From assembly GCA_964519835.1 (NCBI GenBank), contig CAZFLD010000006.1, forward strand, positions 1-64,000: 64,000 nucleotides of DNA, in the 5' to 3' direction. Of the stretch, positions 28,977-39,521 are shown in pieces. The DNA is from an uncultured Spirochaetales bacterium (GTDB taxonomy: Bacteria; Spirochaetota; Spirochaetia; DSM-27196; CAZFLD01). A program made the translations under genes and the position numbers. Each line of letters begins with the position of its first letter. Position 1 is the first letter of the stretch. Under the pieces are notes generated by a model that was given only the letters and a program-made list of their open reading frames with translations, was not told the origin of the DNA and ran no database searches.

Positions 28977-29831
28977 TTACTCCAAGCCGCGCCCGGTAAC
29001 GCGGACAAAAATATCTTCGAGAGTCGGCTCGCCGGAGTGAATGGTGGCAACGTCGGCCTCGGACAAAAAAGACCGGAGCCGGCTCTTGCCGGACTCGTCC
29101 AACCCAAAAGTCTGGGCTTCGAGTGCACCGTTGACGCGGTACTCCACGGTCACCTCGGGACGGCCGAGCCGGAGCTTGAGGTTTTTTGGTGAGTCCATTG
29201 CTACGATCTTGCCGTCCACGATAAAGGCCACGCGGTCGCATAGCTCATCGGCAACAAACATGTTGTGGGTTGTAAGGAAGATCGTTGTTCCCTCTGCCTG
29301 CTTTTTTTGAATGATGGATTTGATGTTGTTGGACGTAGTCGGGTCGAGGCCCATTGTTGGTTCGTCGAGAAACCAAATGTCAGGATTGTTGATCATCGAG
29401 CGGGCAAAACCAAGGCGTTGCATCATTCCCTTTGAGTACGTGCCGGCCTTCTTTTTTGCCGAATCCTCGAGGCCGACCATTTCCAGTATCTGCATCGGGT
29501 CCGCGGTTTCGCCGTCGTAGAGGCGCGCGTGAAAGCGCAGGTTGTCGACCCCGGAGAGCTTTTTGTAGACATTGGGGATCTCGAATCCCACGCCGATGCG
29601 GTTGAAAAAGCTCTTGTCCGGCCGGCCTCTGCGCTCGACCCCGTCGACGCGAATGATGCCCTTCTGGAGCTCGAGCAAACCCGTGATCACGGCCTGCGTG
29701 GTGGACTTCCCGGCTCCACTCGGCCCCAAAAATCCAAAGATCTCGCCCTTGGCGATCGAAAAGCTCACGTCTTGGACGGCATAAACCTCGTTATGGGTGT
29801 AGGAATGGAAGATATTTCCGACTTCGATCAT
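28977..29831 (-). CDS. ABC transporter ATP-binding protein.
   Basis: The start at 29831 (MIEVGNIFHSY) has GGAGG 7 nt upstream; the track start at 29849 lies ahead of that RBS. Walker A GPSGAGKST, signature LSGVDNLRF...YSKGMMQRLGFA, Walker B IWFLDEPTMGLD. Confidence 0.8.
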   Translation of the reverse strand: MIEVGNIFHSYTHNEVYAVQDVSFSIAKGEIFGFLGPSGAGKSTTQAVITGLLELQKGIIRVDGVERRGRPDKSFFNRIGVGFEIPNVYKKLSGVDNLRFHARLYDGETADPMQILEMVGLEDSAKKKAGTYSKGMMQRLGFARSMINNPDIWFLDEPTMGLDPTTSNNIKSIIQKKQAEGTTIFLTTHNMFVADELCDRVAFIVDGKIVAMDSPKNLKLRLGRPEVTVEYRVNGALEAQTFGLDESGKSRLRSFLSEADVATIHSGEPTLEDIFVRVTGRGLE

Positions 29832-29862
29832 GCCCGTACCTCCGCACATCGTTGCTTGACTC

Positions 29863-29886
29863 AGTGTACTAATATATTAGTACACT
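29863..29886. promoter_or_regulatory. 24-bp perfect palindrome (operator candidate) in the divergent promoter region. It is nested inside an 11-bp inverted repeat at 29850-29860 / 29915-29925.
   Basis: AGTGTACTAATATATTAGTACACT equals its own reverse complement. It is flanked by CGTTGCTTGAC ... GTCAAGCAACG. Confidence 0.55.
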
Positions 29887-29962
29887 CCAGATTTTAGCGC
29901 GCCCTGTGTGGGGCGTCAAGCAACGTGGTACAAAAACTGTTGATTCAGGCATACTGGTAGGC

Positions 29963-30955
29963 ATGATGGAAACGGTTAATCTTGGTCGAGCGGGGCTGAC
30001 GGTGTCGGAGGTCTGCCTCGGCACCATGACCTTTGGGCGTGAATCGGATAAAGAAACATCCTACGCCATGCTCGACTACTTCGCAGAGAAAGGCGGCTTT
30101 TTTGTAGACACGGCGAACGGCTACTCAAAAGGGGCGTCCGAGGAGACGGTGGGCAATTGGATGGTCGAGCGTGGTGTCCGCGACCAAACCATCCTCGCTA
30201 CAAAGGTGTTCACCCACATGGGGCCAGGTCCCAACGACGGCGGCCTCTCGCGGTACCACGTCATTCGCGAGGTGGAAGCATCGCTTTCGCGCCTCCAAAC
30301 CGACGTCATCGACCTCTATCAAATTCACAGATGGCACCCGGGAGCACGAATCGAAGAAACGGCACGGGCACTGGACGACCTTGTTCGCAGCGGCAAAGTT
30401 CGCTACATCGGCTGCTCGAACCTCCGCGGCTACCAGCTCGCATCGTACCTCAAAGTGATGGACGAGCTGGGCCTCGACCGGTTTGTCTCTATTCAGCCCG
30501 CCTACAACGCATTAAACCGGTCCGCGGAGCTCGAGATTCTACCCTTTGTGGAGCAGGAAGGCCTGGGAGTGGTGTCCTACAATCCGTTGGCAGGAGGACT
30601 GTTGACGGGCAAGTACTCTCGGGACCGGTCGCCGGCAACCGGAACACGGATGCAGGCCTATGAGTACTACTACCGACGCTACTTCACCGACGATGCGCTG
30701 GCGCTTACCTCCCGTTTCGCGGCACACGCCAAAGCCGTCGGTATGACTCCGGCTCAGCTTGCCCTGGCATGGGTCATGGCGGACAACCGGATCACTGCGC
30801 CGATTATTGGTGCCCGGAATCGGGAGCAGCTCGCCGACTCCCTCGGAGCGGTGGAAAGGAAACTAAGCAGCGAAGAACGCGAGGCCGTTCCCGCGATGCC
30901 CACCGGTCGGTGGGTGGGGGAAGACCCGGTATACGACCAGGCAGCTTACAAGTAG
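29963..30955 (+). CDS. Aldo/keto reductase family oxidoreductase.
   Basis: ...LGRAGLTVSEVCLGTMTFG...IDLYQIHRWHP...RYIGCSNL.... The start was chosen at the internal ATG (MMETVN), because the 5' part of the track ORF overlaps the operator. Confidence 0.8.
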   Translation: MMETVNLGRAGLTVSEVCLGTMTFGRESDKETSYAMLDYFAEKGGFFVDTANGYSKGASEETVGNWMVERGVRDQTILATKVFTHMGPGPNDGGLSRYHVIREVEASLSRLQTDVIDLYQIHRWHPGARIEETARALDDLVRSGKVRYIGCSNLRGYQLASYLKVMDELGLDRFVSIQPAYNALNRSAELEILPFVEQEGLGVVSYNPLAGGLLTGKYSRDRSPATGTRMQAYEYYYRRYFTDDALALTSRFAAHAKAVGMTPAQLALAWVMADNRITAPIIGARNREQLADSLGAVERKLSSEEREAVPAMPTGRWVGEDPVYDQAAYK

Positions 30956-30974
30956 TACCGGGAAAGAGTCGCAG

Positions 30975-32231
30975 TTGCTGAATTTCAAACCTTCACGCTC
31001 TCCATTCTTTTACGGCTGGGTGGTGCTGATTGCCGGCACCGCCGGCATGCTCATGAGCGCCCCCGGTCAGACAATCGGGGTTTCGGTGTTTACCGATTCC
31101 CTTATCGACGCCCTCGAGATCGACCGAAATCTCCTCAGTTTGGCCTACTTTGTCGGCACGCTGGCGAGCGCCGCGGTCCTGGCGCCGGTCGGCCGCCTGT
31201 ACGACAAGTTTGGTGCGCGTCGTATCGCAACAGCTGCGGTCCTGGCTTTGGCCGCCACGCTGTTTGCACTTTCACACGCGGCAGCCTTCGGTGGCGGATT
31301 TGCTGTCATTGCCGTGGGCTTTTTTCTGCTGCGCTTTACGGGCCAAGGAGCGCTTACACTTGCGTCGCGCAATATGGTCATGGAGTGGTTTGAGAAACGT
31401 CGAGGCCTGGCGAACGCAGTGCTCGGGGTTTCCATAAGTTTCGGCTTTTCCGCCGCACCGCGACTTTTTGAGTCGCTACTGGACGCCCACGATTGGGACG
31501 GTGCATGGCGAATCACCGCGTACATTCTTGTTGGGTTTGCCGCCGTTGCCCTTTTCCTCTACCGCGACAAGCCGGAGTCCCACGGTCTGAAGCCCGACGG
31601 CCCCGGCCGGATCAAGCTTCGCGTGGGCCATTCGGAAACGGCGCCCGCGCGTTCTTTCACCCCGGCAGAGGCACGCCGAACGTATACGTTTTGGATTTTT
31701 GCGCTCTCACTTCTGATGTCCGCGCTGATCATGACCGCCTATACCTTCCACGTGGTCTCGATATTCGCGGACGCGGGCCTTTCCAGAGACCTCGCTGTCG
31801 ATGTGTTCTTGCCGGCGTCGTTTGTTGCGGTGGCGGTGCAGTTCACAGGCAGTTGGCTTTCGGATCGAGTGCCGCTGAAGTACATCGCGGCAGTCGGTTT
31901 ACTTGGCCAAGTAACCCTCTGCGCTGCAGTGGTCGTGCTCGGCGCGGGTGTCCCGTACGTGCTCGTCATCGTGGGCCATGGCATTACCCAGGGCGTCTTT
32001 GGCATTACCGCAAACCTCACCTGGCCACGTTTCTTCGGGCGCAAACACCTGGGGGCCATCTCCGGCTTTGCCATGGCGCTTACGGTAGCGGGCTCGGCCG
32101 TAGGTCCCTATGCGTTTAGCCTTGCCCGCGACCTTGCCGGCTCCTACGCGACAGCCGCGTGGGTCGGCGGTGTCATTTCGTTGGTGCTGTTTACGGCGAT
32201 GTTTTGGACGGGCCGACCACGGCACCCTTAG
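30975..32231 (+). CDS. MFS transporter.
   Basis: 418 aa, 12 predicted TM helices, typical MFS loops (GRLYDKFGARR). Confidence 0.7.
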   Translation: MLNFKPSRSPFFYGWVVLIAGTAGMLMSAPGQTIGVSVFTDSLIDALEIDRNLLSLAYFVGTLASAAVLAPVGRLYDKFGARRIATAAVLALAATLFALSHAAAFGGGFAVIAVGFFLLRFTGQGALTLASRNMVMEWFEKRRGLANAVLGVSISFGFSAAPRLFESLLDAHDWDGAWRITAYILVGFAAVALFLYRDKPESHGLKPDGPGRIKLRVGHSETAPARSFTPAEARRTYTFWIFALSLLMSALIMTAYTFHVVSIFADAGLSRDLAVDVFLPASFVAVAVQFTGSWLSDRVPLKYIAAVGLLGQVTLCAAVVVLGAGVPYVLVIVGHGITQGVFGITANLTWPRFFGRKHLGAISGFAMALTVAGSAVGPYAFSLARDLAGSYATAAWVGGVISLVLFTAMFWTGRPRHP

Positions 32232-33700
32232 GAGTTGACCTCCTCAGGCAGCACAACCGCCTGACCGGACGGCTTCTCAGGAGCATCTACTATTCGCGGA
32301 TCGCGGCCCTCGACCTCGGCGATCCGGGCCAGCAGTCGCTCCCTCATCCTGTTGGCTACCGGTCTGTAGGCAGAGAGTCCGATAAGATTACGCAGTTCGT
32401 AGGGGTCGTTCTTGAGGTCGTACAAAAAGGTCTCGACGTACTCGTCCGCCGCGTCCACCGAGCCGCCGTTGAGGCCGTCGGCAACCACGACGTACTTCCA
32501 GCGCTCCGTGCGCACGGCGCGTCCTACACAGCTTTCGGAAATCTGCACAAACACATCGTCCCGCCAGGGAGCACCTGACGCAACAGACTCCCTTACAGTC
32601 GCGGGCAACACCGACCGCCCCTCCATCTCCGCAGCAGGTTCGATTCCCGCCGCATCGAGCAAGGTTGGGGGAATGTCCACAAGGCTCACCAAATTCTGCA
32701 CCGCTCCCTCGCCTTCGAAACCGGGCCCCGTGGCCATACATGGGATCCGGATGGAAGCCTCGTGGCCGCTGCGCTTGTACTCCCCATTGCGTGTCTTGAA
32801 GTGATTTCCGTGGTCGGAGATAAACAGGATTACCGTATTCTCGAGAAGTCCAAGGCTGCGAAGCGCATCTTCGATTCTCCCGAGCGCCTCGTCCAGTCGT
32901 TTTACCATGCCGTAGTAACCGGGCAGATGCTGAGAGCTCGATCCACCGAGGGCTCTGAGATCAGGCGGTACCCACAGGTCGCGATAGCGCTCTTCATAGC
33001 CCGTGGGGGCGGGATAGGAATCAACGTGATTTTGGTGGTGCGGCTCGAGGTAGGAGAGGTAGAGAAAAAAGGGCTCCTCTTTGTGGTCGTCAATGTACCG
33101 GATCGCGAGGTCCGTCTGTGCGTCTACACGGTAACCCGGATAGCTGTGGGGGGTTCCGTCCTCATCAAAGAGTCTGAGGTTGTATGCGTCTGAGGCAAAC
33201 TCCAACAGATTCGAGCCACGCCAGAAGTCGTAGCCACCTTGGTGCTCGCGCGGCACCGGATCGTTGGAGTGGACTCCGTACGGCTGGGCTTCGGAGTGCT
33301 CACCGCCGTAGAGGTGCCACTTGCCGATGTAGCCCGTGTGGTATCCTGCACTCTTGAAGTGGTTCGCCAGCGTGTGCTTGCCGGCCGGCAATCCGACGCC
33401 GTTTTTCCAAACACCAATATTCGTGGCATATAGACCGGTCTGCAGAACCGCGCGCGCGGGCCCACACACCGGCTGACAGGTGAAGGCGTTGCAGAAGTGA
33501 GTGCCCCGTCGAGCCATACGGTCGAAGTTTGGAGTCAGATCCATGGGATTACCGTGAACACCGGTTGTGTCCCATCGCTGTTGATCCGTGAAAAACACAA
33601 GTACATTGGGTCTGCGCATCTGTGGTTCCTTTTGGAGAGCTCCTTTTGGGGTTCCTCTGGGGAGTTCCTCGTTGATTTTTCGCCTGCGGTGTGTAGACAC
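32228..33700 (-). CDS. Sulfatase (formylglycine-dependent arylsulfatase family).
   Basis: LVFFTDQQRWD...CQPVCGPARAVLQTGLY is the C-x-P-x-R formylglycine motif. Its stop overlaps the convergent MFS stop (the shared sequence TTAG reads TAG on + and TAA on -). Confidence 0.8.
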   Translation of the reverse strand: MSTHRRRKINEELPRGTPKGALQKEPQMRRPNVLVFFTDQQRWDTTGVHGNPMDLTPNFDRMARRGTHFCNAFTCQPVCGPARAVLQTGLYATNIGVWKNGVGLPAGKHTLANHFKSAGYHTGYIGKWHLYGGEHSEAQPYGVHSNDPVPREHQGGYDFWRGSNLLEFASDAYNLRLFDEDGTPHSYPGYRVDAQTDLAIRYIDDHKEEPFFLYLSYLEPHHQNHVDSYPAPTGYEERYRDLWVPPDLRALGGSSSQHLPGYYGMVKRLDEALGRIEDALRSLGLLENTVILFISDHGNHFKTRNGEYKRSGHEASIRIPCMATGPGFEGEGAVQNLVSLVDIPPTLLDAAGIEPAAEMEGRSVLPATVRESVASGAPWRDDVFVQISESCVGRAVRTERWKYVVVADGLNGGSVDAADEYVETFLYDLKNDPYELRNLIGLSAYRPVANRMRERLLARIAEVEGRDPRIVDAPEKPSGQAVVLPEEVNS

Positions 33701-33924
33701 CGCGCACGTGCTACCTCTCCGTAGCGGCCAAACATAAAGAGTTTACCTACTAAGACAATCCTGTACAGGGCACCTGTGGGCGAAGACTTGGAGTTCGGGG
33801 GGCAATAACAAATAGTCGACGCTCGGCTCGACCTGAGGCAAGGGGGATACCGATCGGTACGAGAAGTCGCCACAGTACGGGGCCACACGAACCCGCCGGC
33901 CTGCCCTCGAGGCCCCGTTCGCCG

Positions 33925-35070
33925 CTACAGCTCGCCCAGCGGCTCGGGCCTCACCGCGGTGGTACAAAGAGTGTGGTTTTTCCCGGCATCCGCGGCTATG
34001 TGCACGCCGTGCATGATCTCGAGAACGTGGTTTCCCAGCTCCCCGGATGCGCGATGGGGCCGACCGTTCGCGATCGCAGCTGCCATGTCCGCAAGGCCGA
34101 GGCCGCGGCTATTGTCGGCGTACGGCAGCTCGACGGGCACCTCACGCCACTCATATCCGCCGCGGCGGCGGATCCGGACCGGGCCGCCGAAGCCGTTGGG
34201 ATCGGGAACGCTCAAAGTTCCTTCGCTTCCGAAAATCTCGATTCTCGGTACCTCGCTCGCCGCGACATCAAAGCTCATCGAAATGCTTGCGATGGCGCCG
34301 GAGGCGAAGGTAAGCAGGCCAAGCACGTGGGTCGGAACCTCAACATCAATTATTTGTCCCGCCAGGGGCTCACTTGTGATTGTTCGCCGCGGGAAACTGA
34401 TACTCGTGGCGCCGGCAACGCTTGCGACCGGACCCAGTAGGCTCACAAGGGCCGTCAAATAGTACGGTCCCATATCAAACATCGGGCCGCCACCTTGTTT
34501 GTAGTAGAACTCAGGGGCAGGATGCCAAGATTCGTGGCCCCGGGAGAGCATAAAGGCCTGAGCGCCAACCGGGTCGCCTATCACGCCCTCGTCGATCAGC
34601 CGCCGGCAGGTCTGGAGGCCGGCGCCAAGAAAGGTGTCGGGCGCCGCGCCCACGCGGAGCCCCTTCGCTCCGGACTTCGCCATAAGCCGCGCCCCGTCGT
34701 CGAGGTCAATTGATAGCGGCTTTTCCACATAGACGTGTTTGCCCGCCTCGAGCGCCCGTGCACAGACGTCGTGGTGCCCGGCGGGAATCGTGAGGTTTAA
34801 GACTATGTCGACCTCCGGATCAGCCAGCAGTTCATCCACGGAGCGATAGGCGCGCGGCAGCTCCCACGCCCGCGCGGCCTCCGACGCCCGCTCCGAAACA
34901 AGGTCGGCGCACCCGACAACACGCACAAACGACGAGAATCGGCTTGTTAGATTTTCGAGATAGATCCTGCTGATGTTTCCGACGCCGACGACTCCGACGT
35001 TAAGCAGCCCGCCGCCTTCCGCAGGCGACTCGCCGGCTTCCGCGGGACCACCCCCAACTTTGTTTCTCAT
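33925..35070 (-). CDS. Gfo/Idh/MocA-family NAD(P)-dependent oxidoreductase.
   Basis: N-terminal Rossmann motif [19 protein letters not shown]. Length 381 aa. Confidence 0.8.
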   Translation of the reverse strand: MRNKVGGGPAEAGESPAEGGGLLNVGVVGVGNISRIYLENLTSRFSSFVRVVGCADLVSERASEAARAWELPRAYRSVDELLADPEVDIVLNLTIPAGHHDVCARALEAGKHVYVEKPLSIDLDDGARLMAKSGAKGLRVGAAPDTFLGAGLQTCRRLIDEGVIGDPVGAQAFMLSRGHESWHPAPEFYYKQGGGPMFDMGPYYLTALVSLLGPVASVAGATSISFPRRTITSEPLAGQIIDVEVPTHVLGLLTFASGAIASISMSFDVAASEVPRIEIFGSEGTLSVPDPNGFGGPVRIRRRGGYEWREVPVELPYADNSRGLGLADMAAAIANGRPHRASGELGNHVLEIMHGVHIAADAGKNHTLCTTAVRPEPLGEL

Positions 35071-35081
35071 AGATGCGGATA

Positions 35082-36662
35082 TTAGCGTAGCTCGAGCACA
35101 AGATCAAACTCGATCCGGGATTTTCCGTTGTCGGGGAAGTCTATCAAGTACCCCCGATCCGAGAGATTGGGCTTGTTGTTGTAGGTGGTTACAACCGCGT
35201 AGTAACGACCGGTCGCGGGCAGTTCGGTACGCAAGAGAGATGCGTAGCCGTTGCCACTGTCATCGTCCTCGGCCACCAGACGGCCCTCGCCGTCGAATAA
35301 ATACAGCATGGAGTCGTCGTCGCTGTAGAGTGTTCCCTGAAGGACTGACGTAACGACAACCTCGATCTCTACGTCGCTCTCCTCGGTACCCTGGAAGCGA
35401 AACGCGGCGTGACCTTCGCCGACTGTTGCCGAAGCACGGCCTTGGCCGCCGTCAATCCGAACGGGCACCGCATCGGGGAACCGGCTCGAGGCCGTCGCGA
35501 CCGGAAGATCTCCAAAGAGTGTAGGTGTATCTGAATCCGGGAGCGAGGACGACTCGAGCTCTGTTCGCTCCTCAGTAGCGGCGGCCGGGCCTCGCTGCCT
35601 GTCCGAGAGCATTACCCCCTCGCTCGTTACGAGCTCGAGCGAAAACGTTCCGGTCGCGGCACCCGAAAACGATGACACGTAGAGGTAGTAAGTACCGGAA
35701 ATCGGTAAATCCAGCCGCAATGCGCTGTTTCTTCCCGTCCCCCCGTCATCATCGGAATAGACCACGCCCGTGGGCGTTTCGACCAACAGGTACGAGTCAA
35801 ACTCCTCGGATCGCAGGGAAATCAACACCTCGTCGCCGGCCTCAGCCTGGAACTGATAGGGGACCACGGTCCTGTTATCGTAGCGAAGCCCATGCAGGTC
35901 GAGAATCCCAACGACGGAGGCGTTCGGCGTGATCGTCTGAGCGCCCTCGGGCAAACCGCCGGCACGCACCGTGGGCTCCAGTGTAAACGTCCCGCCGCTC
36001 GAACCGCCGTAGCTGGTAACCAAAAGAGCCAGGTCTTCGCCGCGAACACTGCCGATCAAGAGCCGTGAATCGGTGCCGGGTCCACCGTCGTCGTCTTCCG
36101 ACGCCGACTGCAGTAAACTCCCTCCAACCAGGATTGTATCGAAATCGATCGATCCCAAGTGAACTTCATAACCTCGCGGCGCGGAAGGCAGCACAAACGC
36201 GCGCTGCCGTATGGTCCTATCACTGGTTGCCACGGGATAGTCGTCCAGCCGGCCCTCAACCGATTCATTCGCAGCTACTCTCTCCGCTGAGTAGACAATA
36301 AATGCTACTCGCCCCTGTTTCTCCGTAGGCGCAAACCGCAAGCTCATCCTGCCGGCACGGTCTGTCGAGAGTGCCGCCAATACCCCCTCGGGTTTTTCCA
36401 CCACAAATTGCAGATCCCCCCCGTCGGGAGCTTGAATCACCACGGAAAACCGCTCTCCGCTCCACACGTACACGACATAGGCACCCGCACGAGGAAGCTC
36501 CACGCCGGCCTCCGCAGCGGTATCCAACACCGCTACATATAGCGTCGAAAGCGACCCACTTCGTGGGAGGGGAGCCTGTTGCGTATCTTGAGCCGATGCA
36601 GTCCGGCCAACTGTCGCCAGCAAGAGGACAACGGCAAATAAGAGAGATCCGGGACGCTTCAA
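35082..36662 (-). CDS. Secreted protein with repeated beta-sandwich domains that resemble pre-peptidase C-terminal (PPC) domains. Hypothetical.
   Basis: Signal peptide [24 protein letters not shown]. Recurrent blocks: [47 protein letters not shown]. Confidence 0.4.
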   Translation of the reverse strand: MKRPGSLLFAVVLLLATVGRTASAQDTQQAPLPRSGSLSTLYVAVLDTAAEAGVELPRAGAYVVYVWSGERFSVVIQAPDGGDLQFVVEKPEGVLAALSTDRAGRMSLRFAPTEKQGRVAFIVYSAERVAANESVEGRLDDYPVATSDRTIRQRAFVLPSAPRGYEVHLGSIDFDTILVGGSLLQSASEDDDGGPGTDSRLLIGSVRGEDLALLVTSYGGSSGGTFTLEPTVRAGGLPEGAQTITPNASVVGILDLHGLRYDNRTVVPYQFQAEAGDEVLISLRSEEFDSYLLVETPTGVVYSDDDGGTGRNSALRLDLPISGTYYLYVSSFSGAATGTFSLELVTSEGVMLSDRQRGPAAATEERTELESSSLPDSDTPTLFGDLPVATASSRFPDAVPVRIDGGQGRASATVGEGHAAFRFQGTEESDVEIEVVVTSVLQGTLYSDDDSMLYLFDGEGRLVAEDDDSGNGYASLLRTELPATGRYYAVVTTYNNKPNLSDRGYLIDFPDNGKSRIEFDLVLELR

Positions 36663-36753
36663 AAAACGCTCCTCATCGTTGTACTAAGAGTAGCACCCCC
36701 GGTGCGGGTCGGTGTCCCGGCGTTGACAAATCTTAATGACTTAGGCGGGCACC

Positions 36754-38121
36754 TCAGCTCACGCCGTCGTTTGTCATACGATTCGGTTGCTGGACCGCCT
36801 CGGTCACGTCGCGCCAGAGCGGACTCTCAGGATCCACGTAATTTCGCTCGGAAACGGCGACACCAATCGGAAGATGCACAAACGTGTTGTTCACCAGGCT
36901 TATCAGCACCTTGGTTTTACCCGCCATCGCGGCATGTACGGCGTTGTTTCCCAATCGCGAGCAGTATACGGAGTCGGTGGGTGCGGCGACCGAACTACGA
37001 ATGATGTAGCTCGGGTCGATGTATTTGAGGGATATCTGCATGCCGACCGTTTTGAAGTAGGCCTTAATGCGCTCCTGCAAGTACGCGCCGATATCGCCCA
37101 GTCTTCTATTTCCAGAAGCATCGACACCGCCTTCAACCTCCAAGAGATCCTGCCCCGCACCCTCGGCCACGATAATAACCGCGTGGCTACGCTTCTCGAG
37201 GCGCCGCCTGAGGTGGATCAAAAGACCGTTGTCGCCGTCCATCTCGAAACGGACCTCCGGGATAAGCACAAAGTTCGCCTCGTGACTCGCCAGGGCGGTG
37301 TAGGAGGCGATAAAACCTGAGGCTCGTCCCATCAGCTTTACCAGACCGATGCCGTTAATGGCGGAATCGGCCTCGGCATGGGCGGCGGATACGGCGTGGG
37401 TCGCCTGCGCAACCGCGGTCTCGAAACCAAAGGACTTCTGGATAAAAGACAGGTCGTTGTCGATAGTCTTTGGAATCCCGATGACCGCGACCTTTAGTTT
37501 TCGACGCTCGATCTCTTCGGCTATGGCCAATGCACCTTTCTGCGTTCCATCGCCGCCGATGGTAAAAAGCATGTTTAGGTTGAGTCTCTCGATCGAGTCG
37601 ACAATGTCCGAAACACGATCGCCGCCGCCGCGAGATGAGCCCAAGCATGTGCCGCCGACTTTGTGAATATCGTCTACAACCTCGGGATCGAGATCCATAG
37701 TGGATATGTTGTTCTCAGGCAGCAACCCTTGATAGCCGAATCTGATTCCGCTTATCCGATGGACCTTGTAACGGTGCCACAGACACCGCACTATCGCGCG
37801 AATGACGTCATTGAGTCCCGGGCAAAGACCGCCGCAGGTAACAATGCCGGCATGAACATGCCCGGGTGAGAAGTAGATCTTCTCCCGCGGTCCTGCCGAC
37901 TCGAGGAGCTCCGATCGGTCAAAATCAATCCTTTCGACGTCGGATGCGACCCGGGTCTGGTAGAGAATTCGGTCGTCGTCCCGCACGTAATTCGCGATTG
38001 TGTCGCCAAGAACGTTTGAGAATACAATCGGCGAGGGTATTTTGCACTCACCAAGGGTCTCTACCGAAAAGTCGTATCTGTCTGTCATTGAGGCCTCCGT
38101 GGGGGATTGTACGGAATACAC
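36754..38121 (-). CDS. pfk: 6-phosphofructokinase, long group-III type.
   Basis: ...[17 protein letters not shown]...[12 protein letters not shown]...PKTIDNDL.... The GGDG motif suggests an ATP-type enzyme rather than a PPi-type. Confidence 0.75.
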   Translation of the reverse strand: MYSVQSPTEASMTDRYDFSVETLGECKIPSPIVFSNVLGDTIANYVRDDDRILYQTRVASDVERIDFDRSELLESAGPREKIYFSPGHVHAGIVTCGGLCPGLNDVIRAIVRCLWHRYKVHRISGIRFGYQGLLPENNISTMDLDPEVVDDIHKVGGTCLGSSRGGGDRVSDIVDSIERLNLNMLFTIGGDGTQKGALAIAEEIERRKLKVAVIGIPKTIDNDLSFIQKSFGFETAVAQATHAVSAAHAEADSAINGIGLVKLMGRASGFIASYTALASHEANFVLIPEVRFEMDGDNGLLIHLRRRLEKRSHAVIIVAEGAGQDLLEVEGGVDASGNRRLGDIGAYLQERIKAYFKTVGMQISLKYIDPSYIIRSSVAAPTDSVYCSRLGNNAVHAAMAGKTKVLISLVNNTFVHLPIGVAVSERNYVDPESPLWRDVTEAVQQPNRMTNDGVS

Positions 38122-38211
38122 CCTGGTCCGAAAAGTGCTAAGAGGCGGCCGTGCTTCCGGACAGGCTTTGTTGACCGGAGACCGGGCTTGCTATAGTGTC
38201 TGAAGCCTGTC

Positions 38212-39186
38212 ATGAAGACCCTTGTAATTGGCGGCGCGGGCTACATTGGAAGCCACGTCGTTCTTGCCCTCTTGAATGCCGGACACGAAGTAGGTGTCTA
38301 CGACAACCTCTGTCGTGGTACACGGGACAACCTCTTCTCAACCGCTCGATTTGTCGAAGCGGACATTCTGGATGAAAAAACACTGTCCTCGGTTTTGGCG
38401 GAGGGCTGGGATGCGGTGGTCCACCTCGCGGCACTCAAGGCCGCCGGGGAGTCCATGCTCGACCCCGACAGCTACGCGCAAAACAACATTGCGGGCACCA
38501 TCGCGATTCTTCGCGCCATGAATCGCAGCGCGTGCAGAGTGCTGGTGTTTTCCTCTTCCGCCGCCGTCTATGGCGAGCCGCAATACCTACCGGTGGACGA
38601 GAACCACCCAACTAATCCGGAAAACTTCTATGGCTTTACTAAGCTCGAAATCGAAAGAGTTCTCGATTGGTATCGCCGCCTTTGCGGTTTTCGATTCGCC
38701 GCCCTTCGATATTTCAACGCCGCCGGTTACGATCCCGACGGCCGAATAATGGGCCTCGAGCAGAATCCTGCAAATCTCCTGCCGTTGATTATGGAAGTCG
38801 CGGTCGGCCGGCGTCCTACGCTGGAGGTCTTTGGTACCGACTACGATACGCCGGACGGCACCTGTATCCGGGACTACGTCCACGTCAGCGACTTGGCCGA
38901 CGCCCACGTGGCCTCGGTGGATATGCTTGCCCACGGTGGAGACTCGATCATCTGCAATTTGGGGAGCCAGACGGGAATTAGCGTCCGGGAATTGCTCGAA
39001 GTTGCGCGGGACATAACCGGCCGGGAGATTCCGGCAGTCGAGGTGGATAGACGGCCGGGAGACCCGGCGAGACTTGTGGCCGGCTCGTCCCTTGCGCATA
39101 AACGCTTGGGCTGGAAGGCCGAACGGAGCGACGTCGCAACGTTGGTCGAGACCTCTTTTCGCGCCTACAAGGCGCAGGCCGGATAG
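38212..39186 (+). CDS. galE: UDP-glucose 4-epimerase.
   Basis: MKTLVIGGAGYIGSHVV (Rossmann), ...YGFTKLEIE (YxxxK), length 324 aa. Confidence 0.85.
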   Translation: MKTLVIGGAGYIGSHVVLALLNAGHEVGVYDNLCRGTRDNLFSTARFVEADILDEKTLSSVLAEGWDAVVHLAALKAAGESMLDPDSYAQNNIAGTIAILRAMNRSACRVLVFSSSAAVYGEPQYLPVDENHPTNPENFYGFTKLEIERVLDWYRRLCGFRFAALRYFNAAGYDPDGRIMGLEQNPANLLPLIMEVAVGRRPTLEVFGTDYDTPDGTCIRDYVHVSDLADAHVASVDMLAHGGDSIICNLGSQTGISVRELLEVARDITGREIPAVEVDRRPGDPARLVAGSSLAHKRLGWKAERSDVATLVETSFRAYKAQAG

Positions 39187-39248
39187 TAACCCACACGCCC
39201 CGCCTGCCGACCCGGCGAACCTGCCGCGACTGCCTCGCCGCCGCGTTT

Positions 39249-39476
39249 TCAGTGCACCCTCGGCGACTTTTTGAACGACGGACAGTGGGTGCCGGTAGTT
39301 CTAAAGACCACATGGCTTGGCAGCTCCCGGGATTTGATGCCGAAAAAACGACAGGCGCGGGGAAATCGGCGGTCCCAACTCACTTTGAAGTACACACACT
39401 GCAAGCAGTTCGGTGCCCGTCCCTCGCCGGGATTCGAGGACATTGGATTCATCTCTCCCTTTGATTTTTCGGCCAT
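39249..39476 (-). CDS. Small Cys-containing (zinc-ribbon-like?) protein, speculative.
   Basis: 75-aa frame in an otherwise gene-free 335-nt gap. Motif C-x2-C ... C ... H-C (CLQCVYFKV...RACRFFG...THCPSF). An AGGGAGAG RBS-like element lies upstream of the internal Met codons. Confidence 0.25.
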   Translation of the reverse strand: MAEKSKGEMNPMSSNPGEGRAPNCLQCVYFKVSWDRRFPRACRFFGIKSRELPSHVVFRTTGTHCPSFKKSPRVH

Positions 39477-39521
39477 TCGCTGTAGTCTTGACGGTATATT
39501 CTACAGCACGGAGACATTGCC

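Noticed and set aside
29832-29849. Upstream ATG start (MCGGTGM...) for the ABC ATPase.
   Set aside because: That ATG lies immediately 5' of the GGAGG RBS, which serves the downstream ATG at 29831.
33701-33924. GC-rich hairpin (GGGGCC...GGCCCC) downstream of the Gfo/Idh gene as a terminator.
   Set aside because: Large loop and no U-tract in either orientation.
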